Assembly: GCA_013152085.1 (NCBI GenBank)
Contig: JAADHC010000033.1
Coordinates: forward strand, 9,031-73,030
Length of the DNA: 64,000 nt
Direction of reading: 5' to 3'
Source of the DNA: Chlorobiota bacterium
Lineage (GTDB): Bacteria; Bacteroidota; Bacteroidia; Bacteroidales; VadinHA17
In this document: one piece after another, positions 46,497 to 55,841 of the stretch
How the letters are laid out: each line of letters starts with the position of its first letter
Position numbering within the stretch: the first letter of the stretch is position 1
The notes under the pieces: model-generated
What the model saw: only the letters and a program-made list of their open reading frames with translations
Told to the model about the DNA's origin: nothing
Databases searched by the model: none
Program-made: the position numbers and the translations under genes

Positions 46497-47081
46497 TTAA
46501 AAAGTTACTTTAGGTACTTCTTTCGCAGATTCTTCGGCTTTGAAATAGGCCTTTTGTTCAAACCCGAATATCCGGGCAAAAAACAGTTGCGGGAATTTCC
46601 GGATATAGGTATTATATTGCATCGTGACTTCGTTGAATCTTCTTCGTTCGACGGCAATCCGGTTTTCCGTCCCTTCCAGTTGTGCCTGTAATTCCAGAAA
46701 ATTCTGATTGGCTTTTAGGTCCGGATACCGTTCCACCACAACCATGAGTCGCGATAACGCAGAACTGAGCTGGTCCTGTGCAGCCTGAAAACGTTGTAAT
46801 GTTTCAGGATTAAGCTGATCGGCATTCACCTGCACTGCGGTAGCTTTCGACCGGGCTTCGATTACCTGTGTAAGGGTGCTTTTCTCAAAATCAGCATACC
46901 CTTTCACCGTATTCACCAGGTTGGGAATAAGGTCTGCACGACGCTGGTAGACATTCTCAACCTGTGCCCACTGTTGGGTGACCTGTTCATCGAGTGACAC
47001 CATCTTATTATAGCCGCACCCCGTAAACAGCGGTGTGATCAGGACAATAATCAACGGGAGAATAAGTTTTCTGTTTTTCAT
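46497..47081 (-). CDS. lemA: LemA family protein
   Basis: 194 aa with an N-terminal anchor and lipobox-like FTGCG. LemA blocks are present (QWAQVENVYQRRADLIPNLV, ERYPDLKAN, GTENRIAVERRRFNE..YNTYIRKFPQ..FARIFGF). Confidence 0.9.
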   Translation of the reverse strand: MKNRKLILPLIIVLITPLFTGCGYNKMVSLDEQVTQQWAQVENVYQRRADLIPNLVNTVKGYADFEKSTLTQVIEARSKATAVQVNADQLNPETLQRFQAAQDQLSSALSRLMVVVERYPDLKANQNFLELQAQLEGTENRIAVERRRFNEVTMQYNTYIRKFPQLFFARIFGFEQKAYFKAEESAKEVPKVTF

Positions 47082-47092
47082 GACATTCCGTT

Positions 47093-47680
47093 TTAATTTT
47101 CCGTAAAATTAGTAAAAACCGGCAGTTTTTGTTTATTAAAAGCAGATGGTTCCGAACTTTTTGACGGAAAGAGCGGGAGTACCTCAAAATGAAAAAAATT
47201 AACATATATATTTTGAGGAAACCGCTTGAGAAGATAGTTGGTTTGTATGGCGATACTGTCATATTTCGCCATCAGCATTTTTGTTTCTGATAATAAAAGA
47301 TGAAAATCTGAAAATTTTTCATTGATCTTAACCGGGAGGCTATCCGTTTGACTGTTCATGTTCTTTAATAATGAATCGGCTTGCATAAAAGATGATATGC
47401 TTGCTGCAAGGTTATGTATGTTTTTTGGTTGTACTTTTATAACACTGATCGGGAGAGTGTCAATTTCAGCCTGTCCCGGACATAAAGACGGCATCATGGT
47501 TCGTATCTTTTCAAGATCATTTGATAATTGAATTTCGTTGGCTTGTATCCGGGAAAGGAGGGTTACCGGTGTATGGATTGCTTTTTGCAGTCTTTTCTTT
47601 TGAAGGTGCGCGGAAAAGTATATACCGCAGATCATGAGCAACGCTATACTGTAGAAAATAAGAATTATATTTTTTTTCAT
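47093..47680 (-). CDS. Hypothetical membrane-anchored protein, divergent LemA-like paralog
   Basis: 195 aa, the same size and N-terminal TM anchor as the adjacent LemA. The C-terminal segment ETKMLMAKYDSIAIQTNYLLKRFPQNIYVNFFHFE aligns by eye with LemA ENRIAVERRRFNEVTMQYNTYIRKFPQLFFARIFGFE. Confidence 0.5.
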   Translation of the reverse strand: MKKNIILIFYSIALLMICGIYFSAHLQKKRLQKAIHTPVTLLSRIQANEIQLSNDLEKIRTMMPSLCPGQAEIDTLPISVIKVQPKNIHNLAASISSFMQADSLLKNMNSQTDSLPVKINEKFSDFHLLLSETKMLMAKYDSIAIQTNYLLKRFPQNIYVNFFHFEVLPLFPSKSSEPSAFNKQKLPVFTNFTEN

Positions 47681-47751
47681 CTTTTTAAGAGCCTTAAATG
47701 CCGGCGATTATTGTAAATTTACTATTTGAAATCCATTCAATCAAAAAGCAA

Positions 47752-49764
47752 ATGAACAAGGACGAATTTCAACAAACGATACTACAGGGAATACCTGCAG
47801 AACTTCCTGATCCACAGCCATATGACCCGGATATTAGTCATGCCCCCCGAAGAAAGCTCCTGTTGAACCGGGAAGAAAAAAAACTGGCCGTAAAGAATGC
47901 GCTTCGGTATTTTACCGGAAAGTTCCATTCCGTGTTGGCAAAGGAATTTGCGGAAGAGCTGAAAAATCACGGGCGGATTTATATGTACAGATTTCGTCCA
48001 CGGTATGGAATATATGCCAGGAATATCCACGATTACCCCCACCGTTCTGTACAGGCAGCAGCTATCATGCTGATGATTCAGAACAACCTCGATGAGGCTG
48101 TGGCACAGCATCCCCATGAGTTGATCACTTACGGTGGAAACGGAGCCGTTTTCCAGAATTGGGCTCAGTATTTACTTACCATGAAATACCTGGCTGAAAT
48201 GACGGATGATCAGACACTGGTACTCTATTCCGGTCATCCGCTGGGATTGTTCCCGTCACATCCCGAAGCTCCCAGGGTTGTCATTACCAACGGTATGGTA
48301 ATCCCGAATTATTCATCACAGGATCATTGGGAGATATTCAATGCCCTGGGTGTTTCGCAATATGGCCAAATGACGGCCGGATCGTTTATGTACATCGGAC
48401 CGCAGGGAATTGTACACGGAACTACCATTACCGTATTGAATGCAGGCCGGAAAGTGCTCCCGGGAACTTCAACCCTGAAAGGGAAAGTCTTTGTCTCTTC
48501 CGGACTGGGCGGTATGTCCGGAGCACAGGCCAAAGCCTCCGTGATTGCCGGAGCAATCGGAGTCATCGCGGAAATCAACCCTAAAGCGCTGAAAAAAAGA
48601 ATAGACCAGGGCTGGCTTAATGAGTCATATAATGATCTTGAACCTTTGATTGCCAGAATCGAAAAAGCCAGGAAAAACAAAGAAGCAATATCCCTCGGTT
48701 ATCTTGGGAATATTGTTACCCTCTGGGAAAAATTTGCTGATGAAAATATCCCGGTAGAGCTGGGTTCGGATCAGACATCTTTACACAATCCATGGTCGGG
48801 AGGATATTATCCGGTTGATCTCTCTTTTGATGAATCCAACCGGATGATGGTAGAGAATCCTGCACTATTTAAAGAAAAGGTAGTAACATCACTCCGGAGA
48901 CAGGTGGCTGCCATTAACCGCATGACAGATAAAGGGATGTACTTCTGGGATTATGGAAATGCCTTCCTGCTTGAATCGGGCCGTGCCGGTGCAGACGTTT
49001 TTAAAGAGGACGGTTCTTTCAGATATCCTTCATATGTTGAAGATATTATGGGACCTTTGTTTTTTGATTATGGTTTCGGACCTTTCCGGTGGGTGTGTAC
49101 CTCCGGTAATCCCCATGACCTGGAAGTTACAGACAAAATTGCCGGAGATGTGTTGGAGGAACTGGTCGCTACCGCACCTCCGGAGATACGACATCAGTTG
49201 AATGATAACCTGCACTGGATCAGAGAGGCAGGTACCAACCGGCTGGTTGTAGGCTCACAGGCCAGAATCCTTTATGCAGATTGCGAAGGCCGTACCAGGA
49301 TCGCCCGCAGGTTTAACAAGGCTGTACGGGAGGGTACCGTTTCTGCCCCCATCGTGCTGGGCCGCGATCATCATGATGTTAGTGGCACCGATTCACCATA
49401 CAGGGAAACATCCAATATTTATGACGGGTCGAAATTTACGGCAGATATGGCTGTACATAATGTAATCGGCGATGCCTTCAGGGGGGCTTCATGGGTTTCC
49501 CTTCACAATGGAGGCGGTGTCGGTTGGGGTGAGGTGATCAATGGCGGATTTGGTATGGTACTGGATGGTAGTACCGGGGCCGACAGCAGATTATCCATGA
49601 TGTTGCACTGGGATGTGAATAATGGTATCGCCCGCCGCTCCTGGGCAAGAAATAATGAAGCCATCTTCGCCATAAAAAGGGAAATGGAGAAAACACCAAA
49701 CCTGAAAGTTACAATACCCAATATTGCAGATGACAGCCTGATTGACCAGGTTATTGATGAATAG
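47752..49764 (+). CDS. hutU: Urocanate hydratase
   Basis: Roughly 670 aa from the Met at 47752, with urocanase blocks (GGMSGAQ, GSDQTSLHNP, HDVSGTDSPYRETSN, HNGGGVGWGE). The ORF-track start at 47698 is an extension. Confidence 0.93.
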   Translation: MNKDEFQQTILQGIPAELPDPQPYDPDISHAPRRKLLLNREEKKLAVKNALRYFTGKFHSVLAKEFAEELKNHGRIYMYRFRPRYGIYARNIHDYPHRSVQAAAIMLMIQNNLDEAVAQHPHELITYGGNGAVFQNWAQYLLTMKYLAEMTDDQTLVLYSGHPLGLFPSHPEAPRVVITNGMVIPNYSSQDHWEIFNALGVSQYGQMTAGSFMYIGPQGIVHGTTITVLNAGRKVLPGTSTLKGKVFVSSGLGGMSGAQAKASVIAGAIGVIAEINPKALKKRIDQGWLNESYNDLEPLIARIEKARKNKEAISLGYLGNIVTLWEKFADENIPVELGSDQTSLHNPWSGGYYPVDLSFDESNRMMVENPALFKEKVVTSLRRQVAAINRMTDKGMYFWDYGNAFLLESGRAGADVFKEDGSFRYPSYVEDIMGPLFFDYGFGPFRWVCTSGNPHDLEVTDKIAGDVLEELVATAPPEIRHQLNDNLHWIREAGTNRLVVGSQARILYADCEGRTRIARRFNKAVREGTVSAPIVLGRDHHDVSGTDSPYRETSNIYDGSKFTADMAVHNVIGDAFRGASWVSLHNGGGVGWGEVINGGFGMVLDGSTGADSRLSMMLHWDVNNGIARRSWARNNEAIFAIKREMEKTPNLKVTIPNIADDSLIDQVIDE

Positions 49765-49793
49765 ATGCTTTGTATTTCCGAAATCATCGTGAA

Positions 49794-50180
49794 TCAGAAT
49801 AAATGTGACCTTAACATAACCAAAAGGCAATTTTCAACAATTTCAATTCCTTGCTCATCAGCCATCTCCATCAGTTCAGGATTTTCTGTGCCGGGATTGA
49901 AAATAATTCTCTTGGGCTTTAAATCCAGAATATAATCATACAAAATCTGTTGCTTTGCGGGGCCGAGATAAAGTGCCACCGTATGCACATTCTTCACGCG
50001 GGGTCTGCCTGTTTCGATTTCCACATCTCCGATACTTCCCGGTCTGAACCCTACAGCCACAACAGGGATTTCAAACTCCCGTAAAAGTTTTACGGCTTTG
50101 TTTGAAAAACGTTCAACATTCGGGCTGGCCCCGATTACAACAGTCTTTTTTGTTGTGAGATCAGTTGTTTTATTTATCAT
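49794..50180 (-). CDS. CoA-binding domain protein (YccU-like)
   Basis: KKTVVIGASPNVERFSNKAVKLLREFEIPVVAVG... matches the CoA_binding_2 pattern. The start at 50180 gives about 128 aa and overlaps the ispF end. The ORF track start is 50237. Confidence 0.7.
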   Translation of the reverse strand: MINKTTDLTTKKTVVIGASPNVERFSNKAVKLLREFEIPVVAVGFRPGSIGDVEIETGRPRVKNVHTVALYLGPAKQQILYDYILDLKPKRIIFNPGTENPELMEMADEQGIEIVENCLLVMLRSHLF

Positions 50181-50652
50181 TGTATACCAGCACATTAGCA
50201 TAACATGCAATCCCTTCGCCCTTGCCAATATATCCAAGTTTTTCGTTTGTGGTGGCTTTTACAGAAACCTGATCTACAGGGATATTTGTAATTTCTGCAA
50301 GGTGATGACGGATTTTCCGAATATGGGGCTGGAGCCGGGGTGCTTCAAGAACAATAGTAGCATCCATATTATTAATGTGGAAATCCTTTTCGCTGAGAAG
50401 TAACAGAGTCTTTTCAAGAAAAATCCTGCTTTTGGCATTTTTATACTGCGGATCTGTGTCGGGAAATAATGTGCCGATGTCTCCGGCGCTAATTGTTCCA
50501 AGAAGTGCGTCAACAATAGCATGGATTAAAACATCTCCGTCGGAATGGCCGACTTCTCCTTTTTCAGAAGGGATCTCGATCCCTCCCAGAATAAGTTTGT
50601 GGCCACGTCTGAGCGGATGAATATCATAGCCCAAACCGGTTCGAAAGGTCAT
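50170..50652 (-). CDS. ispF: 2-C-methyl-D-erythritol 2,4-cyclodiphosphate synthase
   Basis: 160 aa with canonical IspF blocks (GLGYDIHPL, GHSDGDVLIHAIVDALLG, GDIGTLFPDTDP, KATTNEKLGYIGKGEGI). Confidence 0.96.
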   Translation of the reverse strand: MTFRTGLGYDIHPLRRGHKLILGGIEIPSEKGEVGHSDGDVLIHAIVDALLGTISAGDIGTLFPDTDPQYKNAKSRIFLEKTLLLLSEKDFHINNMDATIVLEAPRLQPHIRKIRHHLAEITNIPVDQVSVKATTNEKLGYIGKGEGIACYANVLVYNDK

Positions 50653-51854
50653 AATGTGGTGATCGGTTTATTTTGTTGTTTCCTGAATGATTCAAAATCA
50701 AATCCCAGTGTAAATCGGAGTGTTCCGGCCAGTGGATTATTCTGATATACCGGGATGAGATAAGAAAAATCAAGTAAAAAAACGTTCAGCTTCAGACCCA
50801 GCCCAAGGGTATAAAATTTTCTGTTCCCCTTGGTTTCATGTTCATGAAAATAGCCACCCCTGACGGCAAATTGGTTATTATACCAATATTCCAATCCAAT
50901 TGCGTAATTAATTTCATGGATTTCTTCCTTGAATCCGCCGGGGGCATCATAGAACGAATGAATCATACCAACCGGTACGGAAACTTTAGTGTCCATACCG
51001 GCAATGATGGTCGTGCCTGCAGAATCGTATACCGGTGGTGTCGGAACAAGCAGTTTGTTCAAATCGACTGAAAAACTGAGTCGATTGAATTTGTCAAGTT
51101 CTATTCCAAGGTTCCCGCCGGCTCGCAGGTTGGTGGGGATAAAATCCGGTTCCTGGTTTTTCGTATACGAGATTTTGGTCCCGATATTGGAAATGTTGAT
51201 CCCGAAAGCAGCAGTACCATTCTTATCCTTGAAATTGATATCTGTGTGATAGTACATGGCAACATCTGCGGCAAATGACATCCCGGGACGTGTACCAGAT
51301 CCCCCGACATCAATACCTCCGGTAAGGTTTGAATAAATATACCGGAAGGTGATGGCAGAAGATATTTTTTCGGAAAATGCACGTGCATATCCTGCATCCA
51401 GTGAAAATTCATTAGGATTAAAGTTTCGTAATGTGTTACCGAAGATGTTGGTAAAAACAATATTTCCAAGTGAAAAATAGCGAAGGCTCATACTGACGGT
51501 TTGCCGGTCATCTAAGCGTAAATATCCGGCCAGGTAGGCAAGATTTATATCATTTACCAATTGGCGCAACCAGGGGGAATAAGAAATAGATACGCCGCCA
51601 TTCCCTTTAATAAATGCGTACTTTGCCGGATTCCAGTGCTGTGAATTTATATCCGGAGACGTTGCTGCACCAATATCTGCCATACCACCACCCCTGGAGT
51701 CGGGAGCGATGGTAAGAAAGGGAACGGCAGATTGAATCGTATTAATCTGCCCTGTAACTTGTCCGGTGGTAATTTGAGCATGCCCGGTTACAGCTTTTAA
51801 AAGGAAAATAGTGGCGAACAGGATATGGTAGAACTTGTTTTTCTTATTAAACAT
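50649..51854 (-). CDS. porV: Type IX secretion system outer-membrane shuttle protein PorV (LptO)
   Basis: PorV-typical N-terminal region (AVPFLTIAPDSRGGGMADIGAATSPDINSQHWNPAKYAF) and beta-barrel periodicity. It lies directly downstream of porU. The ATG at 51854 is preferred over the GTG at 51878. Confidence 0.88.
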   Translation of the reverse strand: MFNKKNKFYHILFATIFLLKAVTGHAQITTGQVTGQINTIQSAVPFLTIAPDSRGGGMADIGAATSPDINSQHWNPAKYAFIKGNGGVSISYSPWLRQLVNDINLAYLAGYLRLDDRQTVSMSLRYFSLGNIVFTNIFGNTLRNFNPNEFSLDAGYARAFSEKISSAITFRYIYSNLTGGIDVGGSGTRPGMSFAADVAMYYHTDINFKDKNGTAAFGINISNIGTKISYTKNQEPDFIPTNLRAGGNLGIELDKFNRLSFSVDLNKLLVPTPPVYDSAGTTIIAGMDTKVSVPVGMIHSFYDAPGGFKEEIHEINYAIGLEYWYNNQFAVRGGYFHEHETKGNRKFYTLGLGLKLNVFLLDFSYLIPVYQNNPLAGTLRFTLGFDFESFRKQQNKPITTL

Positions 51855-51917
51855 AGTTTTTTGAATAAATATAAACACAAATATAATCTTTCTTATTGAT
51901 TTTGCAGGGGGCCTTTA

Positions 51918-54900
51918 TTACCTTAATTTGATCATTTTGTTGCTTCCGGAATAGGATTCTCCATTCCCAGAACGAACAAAAGCCCTGAAAACGTATATTC
52001 CCGCACTGGTTTTTTGTCCGTTAGCATCTTTTCCATCCCAGCGTATGGGCGGTATTCTGTAACCCGAGGCCAGCAAATGCGTTTTTAGTATCCTTACCAG
52101 TGTCCCGTCAAAACGGTAAATGCGCACCTCAATTTCCAGTTCCTCGGAAGAAAGTGTGTGTTGAAAAGTAATATATGTGTCATCTGTAAAAGGATTCGGA
52201 AAGTTTACAGGGGGTTCAATCATCCCCTCTTCTTCGTCTGTGACTTTAAATCTTAGTTCTGCTTCTGAGCTGTTGTTCAGGTTATCCCAAGCTTTTACCA
52301 GAATGATATGATTGCCGGGAGCCAAATTAAAAACCGGATAGGTGACGATACCACGCTGGTAACTGTCAAGATCATATTCAAAATAGTTGTTTAAAACCAG
52401 GGGACTGGTATAGTTTCCATCCAGAACAGCTATCAGGTCATGCCCGATCCCGTTACCAACCGTATTAATTCCGTTACGGTCATAAATTCTGGCTAACAGG
52501 ACAGGATCCCTGTCTGCAATACCCCCGTCAATAAAAAGGGTGTCATTCAGGTAAAGAAGAATATCCGGCCCTTCAGTGTCGGGTATTATTTCATCCGTAA
52601 AACCTCCGACGATAATGTCTGTATCACTTCCGGCTGCATCAACGGAATCAAATTCGGCATAATAACTTAATTTTCCTTTGCCGGGGTTATATGCTATGTC
52701 TTTTGGAATCCGTAAGGAAAAGTTGAAAAAACCATGCCGGATATTTGCTTTGCCTTTAAAAAGAATATTATCCTGTACAGAAAATGTCATCAGGGGTCCG
52801 TCGTCATTGCCCAGTGTGGTGATATTCCTGGGCTTGTCAAAAATAACCGGCATAACGGTGCCATCCTTTGAGGAAAGAATATTTCCCTGAATGTCCTCCA
52901 GATGCCCGGAAATGGTTACCAGGCTAAGAGCTTTGAGTGTGTCGAGTGGCTGGTTGACGGGAGTATGGTTTAAGGAGTCAGTAATAATCCGGTATCTGGG
53001 ATATGCCAGTACCAGTGCAGGGTCGCCAAGCAGTGAAAAATTTCTCTTGTTTATCCCCGAACCGGATATATTTTTTGTTAATCTCATGGCATCTCCCAGT
53101 GTATTGGGATGTTCTCCGTCGCGGGTGGCAAAAATGTATTTGTAGAAATTCTGATTGAGTACGAAATTGGGACTGGAATATACCAGCCTTGTCGTTGTCA
53201 AAAGCGCAATACCGCCTCCTTCCGGATTCAATAATACCCATTCGCCGGCAGAAGTTTTTGGTGAAATTTCTCCGGTAATCTCCCGGTCCACATCATCAAA
53301 GCGGCTGAATTCACATGTGGCGGTAACAAACAGAGGTAACCTGGGTATATTTTTCCACCGGTTGATATCGGCAATCCCCAGGATGTTCTCATGGGCCAGA
53401 CCGCGTTCGTTTCCGTGACCAACATAATTTACAATCAGTGTCCCATGCTGTACACGTTCATTAATAGCCTGGTTTACCCCCGGATATCTGTCCCCGCTTG
53501 AGGTGGTTTCCTGTGGCCAGGCATCCAGGAAAATCTTGTCAATTGAAAATGCAGGATAGTAATTTTCAATGTAGGTAGCAAGGGTATTGGCATCCCGCAT
53601 ATGAATATTATTATCTTCATCGTCCCCGATAAAACAGATATTGTTGCGCCAGTCTCCCCGGGCATCCGGCTGTGTATATTTCCTGATTTTATCAATAATA
53701 ATCGATGCTTCCTCAGCAGAAATAACCGGGAATCTTCCGATCCCGATATCCACGAGGCCCGTGGCTCCCCCCTCATTCTCATCCAGAAGACCGAAAAAAT
53801 CATCCGATACAAACGACCGGGTAGGGGAGAGCGAGTTTTCAGATTGCCAGGTGGGAATGAAATTTGTATTCCCCGGATAATCGGAGAGATTGTCAAAAGA
53901 TCCGTCACCAAATAAAAGCAAATATCTGGGCAGGTCATCCGCTCCTGTAGCCCGGTTATAAAACATTCTTATAAAATTTCGTATCGCTCCGGCATCCCGG
54001 GCGCCGGAAGAAAACTCATTGTATACCTGGTTTGTAGTAGCTACGGTAACGGTTAAACCGTCACGGGTGCGGTGTAAGTCGGCAAGCGCTTCTGCCTGAG
54101 CAAGAAAATCAGGATGTGTCACGATGATCATATCCGTTTGAGCTGAAGAATGCAGGTCCTGATTATTCAGGGGTGATTCCACCAGGTTTACACCGGGAAA
54201 ATTGTTTCCTGAGAAAATAACATATTCCCGCAGGGAGTCTGTATACGCTTTAAACCGGATCACATTATTCGTAGCACTGCTATTAATCTCTTTAACCCGG
54301 TGAATATCCGTTATATCCCAGATATGTGTATTTTCAACAGAAGATGTTATGCTGAATTCGGTAATGTTTCCCGGAGAGACGCTCTTCAGGTCACGGAAAG
54401 AAAAAGATTGCCCGTCATACGATAATGCCCTGCGTACATTAATATCAATGTAATCCAGCCAGGCTCGTGAAGAAGCCGGATCATCGGTCTGTATGGAAAT
54501 ATCTATCTGAATGTTGCTGCCACTTGTTATTGAAGAATATATTCCTGTTCCGGATTTGGCAAAATCGGATGTATAACTGCTTAAATTGACGGCAGGGATA
54601 GACAGATTACCCGAAGTAATTCCGTTAACTTTTGTTGTAAAAATGGATGTTGTACCAGCCCTGCCGGCAAACCTGACCATTGTTTCTACCGGTTCACTTT
54701 CAATGCGGCCGGGAAACTCAAATGAAAAAGTTGATATCCCTGTTACTACTATGGGTTCATACCACTCACGGCCCGATTTGATCAGATTCTCTGTGTTTTC
54801 TTCATGGTACAAAAAATCATTATAAGTGCTGGTTTGATATCCGGCCGACGCTGATGGTGGCTCTGCCAGGGGAATCTCGCTGACAGCTCCTGACGTAACA

Positions 54901-55712
54901 AAATAGTATGTGGCATCATCATATTGATGGATGTGATGGAGAAACATTCCCCGGGTGTTGTCATATTTCCAGGTTACAGGTCCTTCGGCATAAAACAGGA
55001 GATAATCTCCCTGGTTAAAAATCCCGTCGCTTCCTTTATAAAAACGGACCGGAATTTCCTGTAAATCATCAGGTTGTTCCTCGTTGTTAAATTCAGGAAT
55101 TTCCCTCCCCCCGTTACCATAGATTTTCGGATGTTCCGGATCTGGAATCCCCCAGCCGGTCAGATCTTCGTAAGTAATTTTATAAATGCCGCTATGGGTG
55201 ACACTTACTTTTGCCCATGTTCCCGCAGCCAGCACCGACTTCGTTGCCGGAAAATCAATCGCTTGTGCACTCTTTTTTTGCGGGCCGTAAAAGATTTGGA
55301 TAATAAACTGCGTTAATAACTTGTCCGAAGAGGAAGGTTTTCCGCTGATAACGGCAGGGATTTGGATCCGGACAAACTTCTTCTTTTGTGTTTCAAATTC
55401 ATGAAATTGCAGGGTTATTGAACCGGGAAGAGATTTAAAAACAGACGGATATGACTGAAATACCGGGTTTTGAAGTATAACGTGTAAAATATCTGTTCCG
55501 GCCGGCAGTTCAACCAATTCGGTATAAAATGGATAATCGGCACTGTCAGTATATTCAGCACCGTAAAAAGTGGGTATTAATACAGCGCCGGTTTTTCCTG
55601 TTCCCGATGTGGGTACTTGCCATGATATTTTTCGCAAATAGGATACATTATCTGCTTGTACTGATAAATACAAGCCTATGAAAAACAAGGGGAATATGAT
55701 CTTCCTGATCAT
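51918..55712 (-). CDS. porU: Type IX secretion system sortase PorU (C25 gingipain-like peptidase)
   Basis: About 1264 aa. The C25-like catalytic region has VNYVGHGNERG (His) and FVTATCEFSRFD (Cys). The C-terminus is a T9SS CTD-like beta-sandwich (NFPNPFTDDTYITF...GIYVFRAFV). It is adjacent to porV and gldJ. The ATG at 55712 is preferred over the GTG at 55727. Confidence 0.9.
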   Translation of the reverse strand: MIRKIIFPLFFIGLYLSVQADNVSYLRKISWQVPTSGTGKTGAVLIPTFYGAEYTDSADYPFYTELVELPAGTDILHVILQNPVFQSYPSVFKSLPGSITLQFHEFETQKKKFVRIQIPAVISGKPSSSDKLLTQFIIQIFYGPQKKSAQAIDFPATKSVLAAGTWAKVSVTHSGIYKITYEDLTGWGIPDPEHPKIYGNGGREIPEFNNEEQPDDLQEIPVRFYKGSDGIFNQGDYLLFYAEGPVTWKYDNTRGMFLHHIHQYDDATYYFVTSGAVSEIPLAEPPSASAGYQTSTYNDFLYHEENTENLIKSGREWYEPIVVTGISTFSFEFPGRIESEPVETMVRFAGRAGTTSIFTTKVNGITSGNLSIPAVNLSSYTSDFAKSGTGIYSSITSGSNIQIDISIQTDDPASSRAWLDYIDINVRRALSYDGQSFSFRDLKSVSPGNITEFSITSSVENTHIWDITDIHRVKEINSSATNNVIRFKAYTDSLREYVIFSGNNFPGVNLVESPLNNQDLHSSAQTDMIIVTHPDFLAQAEALADLHRTRDGLTVTVATTNQVYNEFSSGARDAGAIRNFIRMFYNRATGADDLPRYLLLFGDGSFDNLSDYPGNTNFIPTWQSENSLSPTRSFVSDDFFGLLDENEGGATGLVDIGIGRFPVISAEEASIIIDKIRKYTQPDARGDWRNNICFIGDDEDNNIHMRDANTLATYIENYYPAFSIDKIFLDAWPQETTSSGDRYPGVNQAINERVQHGTLIVNYVGHGNERGLAHENILGIADINRWKNIPRLPLFVTATCEFSRFDDVDREITGEISPKTSAGEWVLLNPEGGGIALLTTTRLVYSSPNFVLNQNFYKYIFATRDGEHPNTLGDAMRLTKNISGSGINKRNFSLLGDPALVLAYPRYRIITDSLNHTPVNQPLDTLKALSLVTISGHLEDIQGNILSSKDGTVMPVIFDKPRNITTLGNDDGPLMTFSVQDNILFKGKANIRHGFFNFSLRIPKDIAYNPGKGKLSYYAEFDSVDAAGSDTDIIVGGFTDEIIPDTEGPDILLYLNDTLFIDGGIADRDPVLLARIYDRNGINTVGNGIGHDLIAVLDGNYTSPLVLNNYFEYDLDSYQRGIVTYPVFNLAPGNHIILVKAWDNLNNSSEAELRFKVTDEEEGMIEPPVNFPNPFTDDTYITFQHTLSSEELEIEVRIYRFDGTLVRILKTHLLASGYRIPPIRWDGKDANGQKTSAGIYVFRAFVRSGNGESYSGSNKMIKLR

Positions 55713-55841
55713 GATTGTCGTTGTCACAAACGGAGATAAAGATATGGCTTTTTCTCCGGTTCAATTGTCGTGAGGATTACATTACTTATGAAAAACTAAA
55801 CGGACAATAATGATTGATTATTGTTAATTTTAGCATCACAA

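Noticed and set aside
10815-55841. Upstream-extended start codons in the ORF track at 10815, 13921, 22707, 34414, 37215, 47698, 50237, 51878, 55727, 55821 and 58478.
   Set aside because: In each case an internal Met gives a family-typical N-terminus or a proper signal peptide. Several of the extended starts are GTG or TTG. The shorter models are used in the feature table, but start sites remain predictions.
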